From a virus: 64,000 bases of DNA. The notes under the pieces are model-generated. The model saw only the letters and a program-made list of their open reading frames with translations. It had not been told where the DNA came from and ran no database searches. The stretch lies in the IMG/VR virus record IMGVR_UViG_3300044712_002068, positions 6,816 to 70,815 of that record; one strand, written 5' to 3'. Position numbers and translations under genes: made by a program. Shown in pieces: positions 20,621 through 29,991 of the stretch. Position 1 is the stretch's first letter, and every line of letters begins with the position of its first letter.

Positions 20621-20854
20621 ATGAAAATGCGAGCGATTTACGAGTTTTTGGCTAACCAGGCCATTGAGATGGCCACCGTAAACTGGCTCTATTTCTGGGC
20701 TCGCGAAACTGAGGCCAGACAAGAGGCAGACCCAGAACTAGTCCGTCTGCTCGGTCGAATTTCAGCCCGAGCCTATAGGCGAGCGCATCAACATGCCAGA
20801 CGGGCTCTGATGTGGAGCCGAAAGGCATCTAGCACCCCTAGAACGGAGGTATAA
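20621..20854 (+). CDS. Hypothetical protein
   Basis: ORF co-oriented in 19782-24340 operon. Confidence 0.45.
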   Translation: MKMRAIYEFLANQAIEMATVNWLYFWARETEARQEADPELVRLLGRISARAYRRAHQHARRALMWSRKASSTPRTEV

Positions 20855-20859
20855 GCCCG

Positions 20860-21318
20860 GTGAGAATTTTCTATCAGATTCAACGCAGACCGGCGTTTTA
20901 CGCAGGGATTGCACTGGTAGGCATCCAGTTGATCCTATCTGCACCCAGCCTCGAATCGCAGATGAAAGAACAGGAAATGAGGCGAGGCGAGCGCATGAGC
21001 GAGCGCAAAGCTCAGACCGAGCTAAAGCTACAGGATCAAGCCCGTGCCGAGCGTGCCGAGATTGCCCTAAAACGCTATCAGACCGGGTGTCTGAGGGTGA
21101 TTAACCGAGACAACCAAAACAAGCCGATCTCCCTAAACGAGGGTGAACCCGTGCTTGATTATTGGAACTCGAAACCCCTAGCACCGGGCGTCGTGGTCTG
21201 CGACAACTTTGGCGTAACGGGTGTTATCGACCAAAACCAAAAAGTCTCGGAACTAGCTGTATTGCTGGATTTGAGCCTGATACCTGATGCCATTAACAAA
21301 GTAGACGGAGGACATTGA
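20860..21318 (+). CDS. Membrane-anchored hypothetical protein
   Basis: N-terminal hydrophobic helix, RY..GC and VCD..G.TG motifs. Confidence 0.55.
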   Translation: MRIFYQIQRRPAFYAGIALVGIQLILSAPSLESQMKEQEMRRGERMSERKAQTELKLQDQARAERAEIALKRYQTGCLRVINRDNQNKPISLNEGEPVLDYWNSKPLAPGVVVCDNFGVTGVIDQNQKVSELAVLLDLSLIPDAINKVDGGH

Positions 21319-21319
21319 T

Positions 21320-22057
21320 TTGAAAGCATTACGTTGGATTGTTGTTATTTTGACGCTGGTTTTGCTGTCAGCCTTGACCATGCTGAACGTGCAGCCCTAC
21401 ATCAGCATGGCTCGTCAATTGGTGGCCATGATCACCGATGTGCCATTCCTTGATTTCCTCATGCTCATTCCACTGGTCAGCAGCGTGATCAGCCTCGTTG
21501 GGCGAATTGCCGCTGATGCGTTTGGTGTGGCGCTGTGGGGCGTTTTGCAACTGCTGCAAGTGCTACCAGGCATCATGCGGGGTGATTTGAAGATCCTCGA
21601 TACCTTGATCCGGGGTGTGAACAGCATCGTTCCCCATGTGATTAAAGAGAGCGATTCTGAGGTTTTGCAAGAGCTGAAAGAGGACTACAACGCTGCGCCT
21701 AAGAAATGGCTCAAGCGTGCTGGCACGCTGGCGATCGTGGCCTATTTGGTGGATACCGTGCTCTGCTTTTTGCGGTTTCCTCCCTATCAGGGGGGCGTGC
21801 TGGGGTTCTGGAATGACGTGCAAATGGGTGTGCAGACCCTTGATTCTGTGGACTGGGCAAACCTCACCAGTGCGATCGCCACTCTATTCGGCTTTGAGTT
21901 GATTTTGACCTTTGCGATCTGGATTGCTCAAGGCATGGCCCTATTTAACCGACGACGCACGCCTGTGCAGCAGACGCAGCAACAGCAGCAGACGCAGCAG
22001 CCACCGCAAGGGGGCACCTACTACAACGGACGGAGACGGGGCCGAGCTTACCCCTAA
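21320..22057 (+). CDS. Multi-pass membrane protein
   Basis: Several long hydrophobic segments, Gln-rich basic tail. Confidence 0.65.
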   Translation: MKALRWIVVILTLVLLSALTMLNVQPYISMARQLVAMITDVPFLDFLMLIPLVSSVISLVGRIAADAFGVALWGVLQLLQVLPGIMRGDLKILDTLIRGVNSIVPHVIKESDSEVLQELKEDYNAAPKKWLKRAGTLAIVAYLVDTVLCFLRFPPYQGGVLGFWNDVQMGVQTLDSVDWANLTSAIATLFGFELILTFAIWIAQGMALFNRRRTPVQQTQQQQQTQQPPQGGTYYNGRRRGRAYP

Positions 22058-22113
22058 GCATCTAAACGCAACGGGGTGGGCAGTGCTCACCCCTTATTTT
22101 TGAGGTTGGAATC

Positions 22114-23649
22114 ATGCAGCAAGATTTTGAAAATCCAGGGTTTGAGACAGGTAAGATTTGGGCGATCGGTTGGGGTGTGGCGGCATTCTTGAGCCTAGCC
22201 AGTGGGGGCATATTGGGGGCGATCGCCTTTGGGCTGCTGGCCTTTGATTCGATTGCAGAGGGCGAACGCGATGACGATGACGACAGGCCACCGCACTTGA
22301 TGACTGGCAGCAATAGCAAGGCACTGCCTGCGGCCTATGGCAACCCATTCGAGCCCCTACCCAACACACCCCCACCATTCACGGGCTATATCGACCCGTT
22401 TGCACCCTTTGATCAGGCATCTGAGCAGGCTGCTGAGGCGTTCACCATCCCTGACGGGGTAGACGTGTTTGCAGAGCCTCAAGAGGTGCCCAGAATGCCC
22501 GTGCAGCCACCCGTAAGCGTGCAGGTATCGCCTGCAATAGACATCCATAACCATATCGAGCCTGCTGCTGCCCAGAGAGCGGTTAGAACCGCTTCCCCAG
22601 CCCAGTCAGACCGTAGAACCCTAGCACCTGACCTGTCGATGTATCCCGACCCTAAGCAGAGGATGCAGGTTTTGCTTAAGGCTATGGCTCAGAGCGGTTT
22701 TCCCGTTGGGTCGCTGATCAACCACCCCTTTGTTTGGTGCTGGGGGCGATCGCAATCTGGAAAGACCACGATCGCCATCATGTTGGCAATGGCTCGCCTC
22801 GCTATGGGCCACAAAATCAGCTATTTCACCACTGATGATGATTACCCCAGCGATCTGAAGTGGTCACGGGTTGAGGACTCTGCGGAAGGGTACGCATTCG
22901 CCCTAGACGACGTAACAGCAACGATCGTCGCTGCATCTAAGGGCAAGCTCGCCGGTAATGGTTGGGTGTTCGATGAGATGTTTGCGGCCTACACTCAGCA
23001 TGGTGTCGCGATTCAGCCCCTACTCACTGCCGTGCTAATGAAAGGAGCTAAGACCCGATCGGGGTCGATTGGCATCTCGCAGGCAGACACCAGCAGCGCT
23101 CATGGCCTAAAGGGGATTGATGCAGCATGGCGAGATGAACGGGTGAGCATTCAGGCGCTGCATGTTGAGGATGCGCTCGGCAACCGTCAGCCGACAGGGC
23201 GCTATCTGGTAGCGAGGGGCGAGACAGATGAAGAATGGATTTTACCCGAGTGGATGCTCACCGAATTGAATCAGTGGGGCTCGCCTGATCCAGTGGTTTG
23301 GATGCAGCGACACTTCCCTGAATTGGGGCAAACTGCGTTTTCAGGCGAGCCGAAAAACACCGAAAAACCGTTTTCGGAGCCGAAAAATTTTCGGGTTGCC
23401 GAAAAAGCCGAAAACCCTATCGAAAACAGGGGTTTGAGCCCGGTCGAGGTCATTTTCGAAAATGACCGAAAAACTCTTTTCACCCGGTTTTCGGTGCCAT
23501 TTGAGCAGGCGAAAGAGCTAGTTGAAAAACAGGTCGAGACATTGGGCAAGACGGAAGCGATCAAGCTGCTCTGGGGGGTTAGCCCTGGCAGCAGCAAGGC
23601 ATATCAGAGCGCACTGGAAGAGTACAAAATTCTCACAGGAGAAGAGTAA
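22114..23649 (+). CDS. Membrane-anchored P-loop ATPase (FtsK/HerA/VirB4-like)
   Basis: N-terminal TM segment, Pro-rich linker, Walker A GRSQSGKTT, Walker B WVFDE, ISQ motif. Confidence 0.65.
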   Translation: MQQDFENPGFETGKIWAIGWGVAAFLSLASGGILGAIAFGLLAFDSIAEGERDDDDDRPPHLMTGSNSKALPAAYGNPFEPLPNTPPPFTGYIDPFAPFDQASEQAAEAFTIPDGVDVFAEPQEVPRMPVQPPVSVQVSPAIDIHNHIEPAAAQRAVRTASPAQSDRRTLAPDLSMYPDPKQRMQVLLKAMAQSGFPVGSLINHPFVWCWGRSQSGKTTIAIMLAMARLAMGHKISYFTTDDDYPSDLKWSRVEDSAEGYAFALDDVTATIVAASKGKLAGNGWVFDEMFAAYTQHGVAIQPLLTAVLMKGAKTRSGSIGISQADTSSAHGLKGIDAAWRDERVSIQALHVEDALGNRQPTGRYLVARGETDEEWILPEWMLTELNQWGSPDPVVWMQRHFPELGQTAFSGEPKNTEKPFSEPKNFRVAEKAENPIENRGLSPVEVIFENDRKTLFTRFSVPFEQAKELVEKQVETLGKTEAIKLLWGVSPGSSKAYQSALEEYKILTGEE

Positions 23650-23855
23650 TGTTGAGTTTTTTTGAGTGGTTATTTAGCCCATTGGAACCCACTACGCAGC
23701 CCGAACCCGAGCCCATGATCGACACCGATATCGACCTTGATGAGGAAATCTTTGGACGGTTGCAGGCACTAGAGCAAGACAACGATAATTTACGGCTGCG
23801 ACTGGCCAGCCTAGAGCAGCAGTTGAGTGATCTGCGCCGGACATTAGCGCGATGA
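23649..23855 (+). CDS. Small coiled-coil protein
   Basis: Coupled to ATPase stop codon. Confidence 0.5.
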   Translation: MLSFFEWLFSPLEPTTQPEPEPMIDTDIDLDEEIFGRLQALEQDNDNLRLRLASLEQQLSDLRRTLAR

Positions 23856-24340
23856 GGGTTGACTGTGATTTTCTCGGCAGAGTTGCCGACCTCGACTCAC
23901 CCGGCATCTACCTGATTTATTGCACGGCGACCAGGCTGAGTTATGTGGGGTCGGCAACCAGCACAATGCACCAGCGCAGGCTTAGGCACATGAATGATTT
24001 GCGCAAGGGCACCCACCACTGTCGAGCGCTACAGCGTGACTGGAACCGATACGGCTCTGATGCGTTTGAGTTTAGAGTTCTAGAGCGCACGTCTCGAAAC
24101 CTTCTGAAGCGGGAGACGGCATGGATTATCAAACTGAATGCGGAATATAACCGGAGCTGGCCCGGTGTGCAGACTGCGATCGCACGAGATGAGAACGGCA
24201 GGATCGTGCTGCTGGCCAGCTACAGGTATTTAGACCGCATGTCCTCGCACAGGGCACCCAAAGAGGAGTTTGACTGGCTGCGGTTCCTGCTGGTCTGCGC
24301 GTTTATGTATCTGGTGTTTGATCTGTGTTTTGGCCGATAA
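23852..24340 (+). CDS. GIY-YIG endonuclease with C-terminal hydrophobic helix
   Basis: PGIYLIYC...YVGSA...R..H...L..G.HH...LQ.DW..YG...FEF.VLE. Confidence 0.8.
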   Translation: MRVDCDFLGRVADLDSPGIYLIYCTATRLSYVGSATSTMHQRRLRHMNDLRKGTHHCRALQRDWNRYGSDAFEFRVLERTSRNLLKRETAWIIKLNAEYNRSWPGVQTAIARDENGRIVLLASYRYLDRMSSHRAPKEEFDWLRFLLVCAFMYLVFDLCFGR

Positions 24341-24430
24341 AAAAGCCCTGCGCCTGTGAGAGCAGGGCAGGGCTAGGGATGCATTGATGCGGCTATCGTA
24401 GCCTATTTAGGATGGGCGATCGCTCATAGC

Positions 24431-24700
24431 TTAGCCGATCTCCCAAAAACCAGTAGCGTGAATAATTTCACCTCTGTAAACCCATTTCAAGCCACCATGA
24501 AACTCGACCAAATCAAAGCAAATTTGAACGTCCTCTACTCTATCCGTCGGACTGCTTGAGTAGCCAGGTTTTTTGGTGATTCGTGGAACTTGGACAACGG
24601 TTTGCATTCGGTTTTCTGATTTCAGAAAATTGTTTGGGTCGGGCAATCTTCTGATTGCCTCTAAATATTCACTCGTGGTAACTGATTGTTGCTCAGCCAT
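24431..24700 (-). CDS. Hypothetical protein
   Basis: Start MAEQQ overlapping upstream gene stop. Confidence 0.45.
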   Translation of the reverse strand: MAEQQSVTTSEYLEAIRRLPDPNNFLKSENRMQTVVQVPRITKKPGYSSSPTDRVEDVQICFDLVEFHGGLKWVYRGEIIHATGFWEIG

Positions 24701-25076
24701 CGCGATCGCCCTCCATGGGTAATGTGTCCTCAAGCCTTTTGTGCTGCTCTCCAACGACCTGCAATTTGTCGATATTCGAGCAGTTGCGAGCCCATACCCG
24801 AACCCAGACATTGTGACCCCATGCAAGCTGATGATAGAGCCACCCAACGCAGGGCACCTCTCTGCCAACCCTCGAATGATGGCAGGCCATGATGTGAGGG
24901 TGAAACGGATCGTCTGATGTCAGATTTTCGACCATCTGCCGATGTTGCTCGACCGAGTACCCATTAGGGATGTCGTGGGGGTCAGTGGCGACTTTCCACG
25001 GGCATTTTGAGCATTGCTTTGTTCGGGTTAACTGCCAGGTTTCGACCATAGTTCTAGGGGCGATCGCCTCCCTCAT
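24693..25076 (-). CDS. Cys/His-rich phage protein (DUF6283-like)
   Basis: CSKCPW...MACHHS...CVGWL. Confidence 0.55.
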   Translation of the reverse strand: MREAIAPRTMVETWQLTRTKQCSKCPWKVATDPHDIPNGYSVEQHRQMVENLTSDDPFHPHIMACHHSRVGREVPCVGWLYHQLAWGHNVWVRVWARNCSNIDKLQVVGEQHKRLEDTLPMEGDRDG

Positions 25077-25356
25077 TCTCTACTGGGCCAGCAAACACAG
25101 CGCACAGCGCATCACTTAGCGATGTGTCTTCATCTTCGTCGGGGTCATCGTCATAGCTCGGAGAGTCACCCGTCAGCAGTTCAAAGATTGCCTCAGCAGC
25201 AACTAATACTGCTCGCTCTGTCGGGTGCTGCGACTCATACAGATACATCAAGTCGGCTGGTAGCCGTGCGTCATGGGTGGCGTAGATGATTTTAGCTATG
25301 TCAAAAACCACCTCTCTTTGACTGCAGTCAAACTGTGCGCTAATCGTTACTGACAT
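25054..25356 (-). CDS. Hypothetical acidic protein
   Basis: ORF in leftward operon. Confidence 0.45.
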   Translation of the reverse strand: MSVTISAQFDCSQREVVFDIAKIIYATHDARLPADLMYLYESQHPTERAVLVAAEAIFELLTGDSPSYDDDPDEDEDTSLSDALCAVFAGPVENEGGDRP

Positions 25357-25532
25357 GGCGATCGCCCTCATAATCACTAGCCTCAAACCCAGCACAATCA
25401 GATGCATCAGTTGCAGCACCGGACTGATCGGCGTTGTTAAAGTACTCCTCAAATTCGGCTGTCTGCGGGTGTGAGCAGTAGCCGAGCCAAGGCGCGTCTG
25501 GCTCGTGATAGTTGCAATCCCAGCAGGTGAGA

Positions 25533-25757
25533 TCAGGCATCGCTACTGTCCTCCACATAGAGAGTGCCATTCAGCCAAGCCTCGATAATTGCCCGAGCCA
25601 GTTCAGTCGAGCTTAGGCTGCTCGCTTCGACGCTATCCACCCACTTTTGATAATGAGATTTGCGGAGCCTGAGTCCAATAGTCTTAGGGTGCAAGGAATC
25701 AGGCGACTGCACAAATTTACCAGATTCATTCCGAGCGATCATTTCTGTTTCATGCAT
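25533..25757 (-). CDS. RHH/CopG-like regulator
   Basis: RNESGKF...KTIGLRL...ELARAIIEAWL; divergent from promoter at 25820. Confidence 0.55.
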   Translation of the reverse strand: MHETEMIARNESGKFVQSPDSLHPKTIGLRLRKSHYQKWVDSVEASSLSSTELARAIIEAWLNGTLYVEDSSDA

Positions 25758-25819
25758 ACTAACCTCTCAAATACTATCTTGCTAGCCATCGTAACCCAAA
25801 GATTAGCCACGGGCAACAA

Positions 25820-25848
25820 TTGACACCCATTGCTAGCAACGGTAATAT
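25820..25848 (+). promoter_or_regulatory. Strong sigma70-type promoter with palindrome in spacer
   Basis: TTGACA-17 bp-TAATAT; TTGCTAGCAA palindrome within spacer. Confidence 0.75.
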
Positions 25849-26056
25849 AGTACGCATGGGGCAACACCCCATCGGGAGCCGACCGAGAGAACCGGCAGGG
25901 GGTTGAGGATTCTCTCAGCGGCTGCTACCCCTACGAAAAAGCAGCCATTCACTAAGCCCGTTCTCCAGAAGTGCCCATTCAACGCAAAAGCGATCGCCCT
26001 CAGTCTCGCAAACCGAGCGATCGCCAATGCAGCACCCAACACAAGGCACTAAAACC

Positions 26057-26251
26057 ATGTTCAACGTTTCGAGCTTAATTGTCAGCACTTTTCTGATTGG
26101 TTTGATTTGGTCGCTGCTCGATCCTTTATTCCACCGTGGCAGCGGTCGGCTTGATTTTCTGGTTTCCGCTGCGACGGTTTCAGCTTTTGATCCAGGGCCA
26201 GGGCATGACTATGGTGGCCCCACTGGATCGGTAGGCAGCAGCACCCGCTAG
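26057..26251 (+). CDS. PatX-like peptide (hydrophobic leader + HRGSGR)
   Basis: MFNVSSLIVSTFLIGLIWSLLDPLF-HRGSGR-...GGPTGSVGSSTR. Confidence 0.6.
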   Translation: MFNVSSLIVSTFLIGLIWSLLDPLFHRGSGRLDFLVSAATVSAFDPGPGHDYGGPTGSVGSSTR

Positions 26252-26317
26252 GATTGAGCGCACCGCTGGGAGTAGCGCCCCAGCATCACTTGATAGGGCG
26301 ATCGCCCAAGGATAAAA

Positions 26318-26641
26318 ATGAACACAAACCCCGATGAGCTATCGCAAAACTTTCATCTCATCCGTGACGAAATCGAGCAAATCAAGCGCCTTGAAAGCGA
26401 ATTGATTTGCCGAAAGAAAATCTTAAACACTTCGATCGAAGCCTTTGTGAGGGAAGCCTTGCATGTGCTGCCCTGTGAAGCTTGGTTAGACTGCGGCAAT
26501 GGCCTATTTGTCTATATTGAGCACCCTGACAACTGGAACGATGAAAACGCGCTGAAAAATATCCAATTTATCCAACCCACCACGATCAAGAGAGAAGTTG
26601 ATCTTTGGGTTGCAGACCAAGAAGCGCTAGAAGCCGAGTAA
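26318..26641 (+). CDS. Hypothetical protein
   Basis: ATG with AAGGA RBS. Confidence 0.55.
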   Translation: MNTNPDELSQNFHLIRDEIEQIKRLESELICRKKILNTSIEAFVREALHVLPCEAWLDCGNGLFVYIEHPDNWNDENALKNIQFIQPTTIKREVDLWVADQEALEAE

Positions 26642-26687
26642 ATCACAGCCAGTCTGACAAAGACCCCATAACGTATCAACCAAAACT

Positions 26688-27689
26688 ATGGACTATATTC
26701 TCTACCATCACGTTAAACCGGGGCACCCGTGCCCTGATGGCGTTGCGGCTGCCTGGGTCGCCCATCTTAACTATCCAAGTGCAACAGTTCTAGGGGCAGC
26801 CTACGGCTATCCCGTGCCCATTGAGCCACTAGGGGGCGATCGCCTGATTATTGTCGATTTCAGCTTTCCCTCTGCGCAGTTGCAAGACTGGGCAAGGCGA
26901 GGGGTCGATATCATCCTCATCGACCATCACAAAACCGCACTGAACGACCTGGCAGGGTTTAGCGCCTCGCTCTCAGGCTGCACGTCCTACGGCACGACAG
27001 GCGAGGGGCGAATCAGCGAGCATATTAAGCTGGGAAACACGAGCATCAGACTGCTGTTTGATATGCAGGAATGCGGAGCCACACTGGCATGGAAAGAACT
27101 GTTTCCACAGACGCGGATTCCAGGGTTTCTGCGCTTTGTGCGCAGTCGTGACCTGTGGCTAGACTGCGACCTATTTGCCGACCCTATCCCACCGACGCTG
27201 ATTGTTCATGAGGCGATATCAAGCCTCAAGAATGAGATCTGTAAAGAGTTTGGCCGAGAGCATGGCGCGTTTATCCTGTTCGATTCACTGGCGTGGATGG
27301 GTGAGGCCGAGCTGCTTGCCTTTGCCTCGCCGCTGGGCATCCCGTTGGTTGAGGAAAAACGGCAGCAGGTGAGGGCGATCGCGAGCCGTTGGGAGTTGGG
27401 GCAGTTGCCTGGTCTGGCAGAAAAGGGGCAGTTTTTTGACATCCCCATCGTGGAGCTGGCCAGTGATGGCAGCGAGGATCGGTTTAAGTCTGATGTGGGG
27501 AATTACATTTGCAAGAGTGTGCCCACTGCGCCATTCTGCGCCATCGTCAACAGCGACGGCAGCTATGACCTGCGCAGCAGTCGCGATGGGTCAAACTTCG
27601 ACGTGAGTGCGATCGCCAAGCTGCTGGGGGGTGGTGGGCATCACAACGCGAGCGCATTTCGAGCAAAACCCGATTTCACGCAAGGTTAG
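26688..27689 (+). CDS. DHH/DHHA1 family phosphoesterase
   Basis: YHH..CPDG, IVDFSF, IDHHKT, DLW, GGGGHHNAS motifs. Confidence 0.88.
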   Translation: MDYILYHHVKPGHPCPDGVAAAWVAHLNYPSATVLGAAYGYPVPIEPLGGDRLIIVDFSFPSAQLQDWARRGVDIILIDHHKTALNDLAGFSASLSGCTSYGTTGEGRISEHIKLGNTSIRLLFDMQECGATLAWKELFPQTRIPGFLRFVRSRDLWLDCDLFADPIPPTLIVHEAISSLKNEICKEFGREHGAFILFDSLAWMGEAELLAFASPLGIPLVEEKRQQVRAIASRWELGQLPGLAEKGQFFDIPIVELASDGSEDRFKSDVGNYICKSVPTAPFCAIVNSDGSYDLRSSRDGSNFDVSAIAKLLGGGGHHNASAFRAKPDFTQG

Positions 27690-27987
27690 CAATGCACAGC
27701 GCTTTCAACATCCCCGTAAAATCATGATTCTCTATCTTTGTACGGCTCAGAACTTGACCTGGCAACCCATCAAATACGTTGAGCCTATGCATCGTGATCG
27801 CATTCGCGATGGATACACAGCAGCAGGATACGGCGTCATGATTCTGCGATTTGACGAGGCTCGCGATCGCGGACTTCCTCTGCCCTCGGAGCCAACAAAA
27901 AACCCGGTCGAACCGGGTAAGCAGTGACACATTGACAGTAAAACCCATTAACCCTATCAGTATTCCCTCACAGCCACCACTAGAACA

Positions 27988-28362
27988 ATGAATACTCAAG
28001 AAACTACCAACGGTGTAAAGGCCGACTTAATGCCTGAAATCCTGCTGATGTTAAAGGCGATCGCCAGCCAAAATCCACCCGCATGGCAGCGTCCACTGAG
28101 AACCTATAGCAAGTTTGAATGGTCTAAAATTGGCGCGTCAGTCGTGACCAAAGATGAGCATGGGGCAACGAGCGTTAGCTGGTGTGGCCACATCTATGTC
28201 AGAAGGTCTGGCGATAACCGCAGGTACGGCGCATCGATTTGGTTCAGTCGCTCTGCGGGTAAGGGCGATGACGACGAGCCGCAGTATTTGAGGCTGATCA
28301 CTTTTAAGGATGGAGCTAAGGCCGAGCCCTTGCCCGAGTACGTTGCCAACGCTCTGCGATAG
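27988..28362 (+). CDS. DdrB-like single-stranded DNA-binding/annealing protein
   Basis: FEWSKIGA...GHIYVRRS...WFSRSAG...YLRLITF resembles Deinococcus DdrB (FDWSLIGA..GHAYRRR..YSRG..YVTLAIF). Confidence 0.7.
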   Translation: MNTQETTNGVKADLMPEILLMLKAIASQNPPAWQRPLRTYSKFEWSKIGASVVTKDEHGATSVSWCGHIYVRRSGDNRRYGASIWFSRSAGKGDDDEPQYLRLITFKDGAKAEPLPEYVANALR

Positions 28363-28382
28363 TCACCCCTAGAACTTTTGTC

Positions 28383-28958
28383 ATGGTTGCCTACAATTTC
28401 AAGGCTCAATTTGCGCCACTGGTCGAGGCTGGCATCAAACGCCAGACCATCAGAGCCAGGGGTAAGCGACGGCACGCAGCTAAAGGCGATCGCCTGCAAC
28501 TCTACACAGGGCAGCGATCGCCCACATGCCGTAAGCTGTTGCCAGACCCAGAATGCACCGAATCAGAGGCGATCGCCATTACGGCCACGGGGCAAGTGTT
28601 TGTGGGTGTGGGTTCCAAAATTCGGCAGCTCGACCCTGAGAGCGTTCGAGAACTGGCAGTTACATCAGGCAAAGATATGGATTCACCCTCAACCTCACTA
28701 TCGCGATTTATCAAACACTGGAGGGAGACGCAAGAACCGCCAGTCTCCCTACTGGAGTTCTGGCTCCGATTGCAGCAAGTAAGCAGCATGAGCCAAGAAC
28801 GGTTTCAGGCGATCGTTGACGGGCAGGTACAGCCGGATCAAATAACCAACGTTGATCTACTGTTTATCAGCGGCGTTGTGCGTGACAAACAGGGCGAGGC
28901 TTTCACCCTGGAGTATCTACAAGCCGTGAATATGGGGCTGCTTGATAGATTCAACTAA
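28383..28958 (+). CDS. ASCH-domain protein
   Basis: YNFKAQFAPLVEAGIKRQTIR...GDRLQLYTGQR. Confidence 0.7.
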   Translation: MVAYNFKAQFAPLVEAGIKRQTIRARGKRRHAAKGDRLQLYTGQRSPTCRKLLPDPECTESEAIAITATGQVFVGVGSKIRQLDPESVRELAVTSGKDMDSPSTSLSRFIKHWRETQEPPVSLLEFWLRLQQVSSMSQERFQAIVDGQVQPDQITNVDLLFISGVVRDKQGEAFTLEYLQAVNMGLLDRFN

Positions 28959-29879
28959 GCTCACTGGGGTCAATGAGACCGAATGCTCTGCTGATTTTTG
29001 CCTAGCTTTTGATCTTTTGCTATTTTGAGAAACTTCCGCCCATTCAGGATGTTGCCATCTGTTTTGAATTGGGGTTGTAAACGCTTTTTCCACAGACCAA
29101 CCACTTCTGAGTCGTTGCCCTAAAATCCTATGATTCATGCCTAGCTCATCTCCCCAGTCGGCTAGGCACTGAGTCTTTCCATTCCACTCGACCTTCTTAT
29201 TCCTTCTGGTGTTTCTAGCTTGTTGAGCCGTCGTTGCCCATTCGCAATTTTCAATGCAATAGCTTCCATTCACGTCTCTTCTTTCAATCGTCAAACCCTT
29301 TTCTGGCACGCCCATATCATCAACAAAGTTCTGAAACACTCGCCAGCGATCGCAAACCGTAATTCCTCTACCGCCATAATCCTTCCATGCTGAATTGTTT
29401 GGATTGGTGCAGCGTTGGATCATGTTGTTCCAGATCTGCCGTACCGGATGGTCGTACAAACCATGCTTAATCCTGATGCAGCCACAAGAGCGGGTTCCCC
29501 CATTCCTAAGATTTGTTGTTGTAACAATTGCGATTTCCCCGCAATCGCACAAGCATTCCCACATCCGTCTAGGTTTCTTGTACTGGGGGTCTCTAGGTGC
29601 TTCTTTAATCACAGTCAAGCGCTCAAACCTCTGTCCCACAAGGTTCATCTGAGCGGCACGCGCTTTAAATCTTTCTGCGACCTGCTCCCTGTGCAAACAT
29701 CCACAGGATCGAGTATTAGTGTTTGTAAGTCGCGATCGTGGAACCTCAATCGCATTACCACAATCACAAATGCACTTCCAAAGCAATTCTCTTTTTTCGT
29801 TGCGACGAAACGCACCCGTTGTCGTCAATCGACCAAACCGAGTGCCTGTTTCGATCGGAAGGCATTTAGAATTATTCAT
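28917..29879 (-). CDS. Phage HNH homing endonuclease
   Basis: Two GxRFGRLT..W.C.CDCG..SCGC repeats, then MIQRC.NPN..YGGRGITVC.RW..DMG..TIERRDVNG.Y..ENC.WAT. Confidence 0.85.
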   Translation of the reverse strand: MNNSKCLPIETGTRFGRLTTTGAFRRNEKRELLWKCICDCGNAIEVPRSRLTNTNTRSCGCLHREQVAERFKARAAQMNLVGQRFERLTVIKEAPRDPQYKKPRRMWECLCDCGEIAIVTTTNLRNGGTRSCGCIRIKHGLYDHPVRQIWNNMIQRCTNPNNSAWKDYGGRGITVCDRWRVFQNFVDDMGVPEKGLTIERRDVNGSYCIENCEWATTAQQARNTRRNKKVEWNGKTQCLADWGDELGMNHRILGQRLRSGWSVEKAFTTPIQNRWQHPEWAEVSQNSKRSKARQKSAEHSVSLTPVSLVESIKQPHIHGL

Positions 29880-29991
29880 GTTGACCTGTTTAGTAGGTTG
29901 ACCGCGCCCTTGGGTATGTCCAGTACCGCAGGGGCATCCTACTATTTTACCCTCAAAAACCGCTGAAAGCTAGTGATATCAATAGGTTTGG

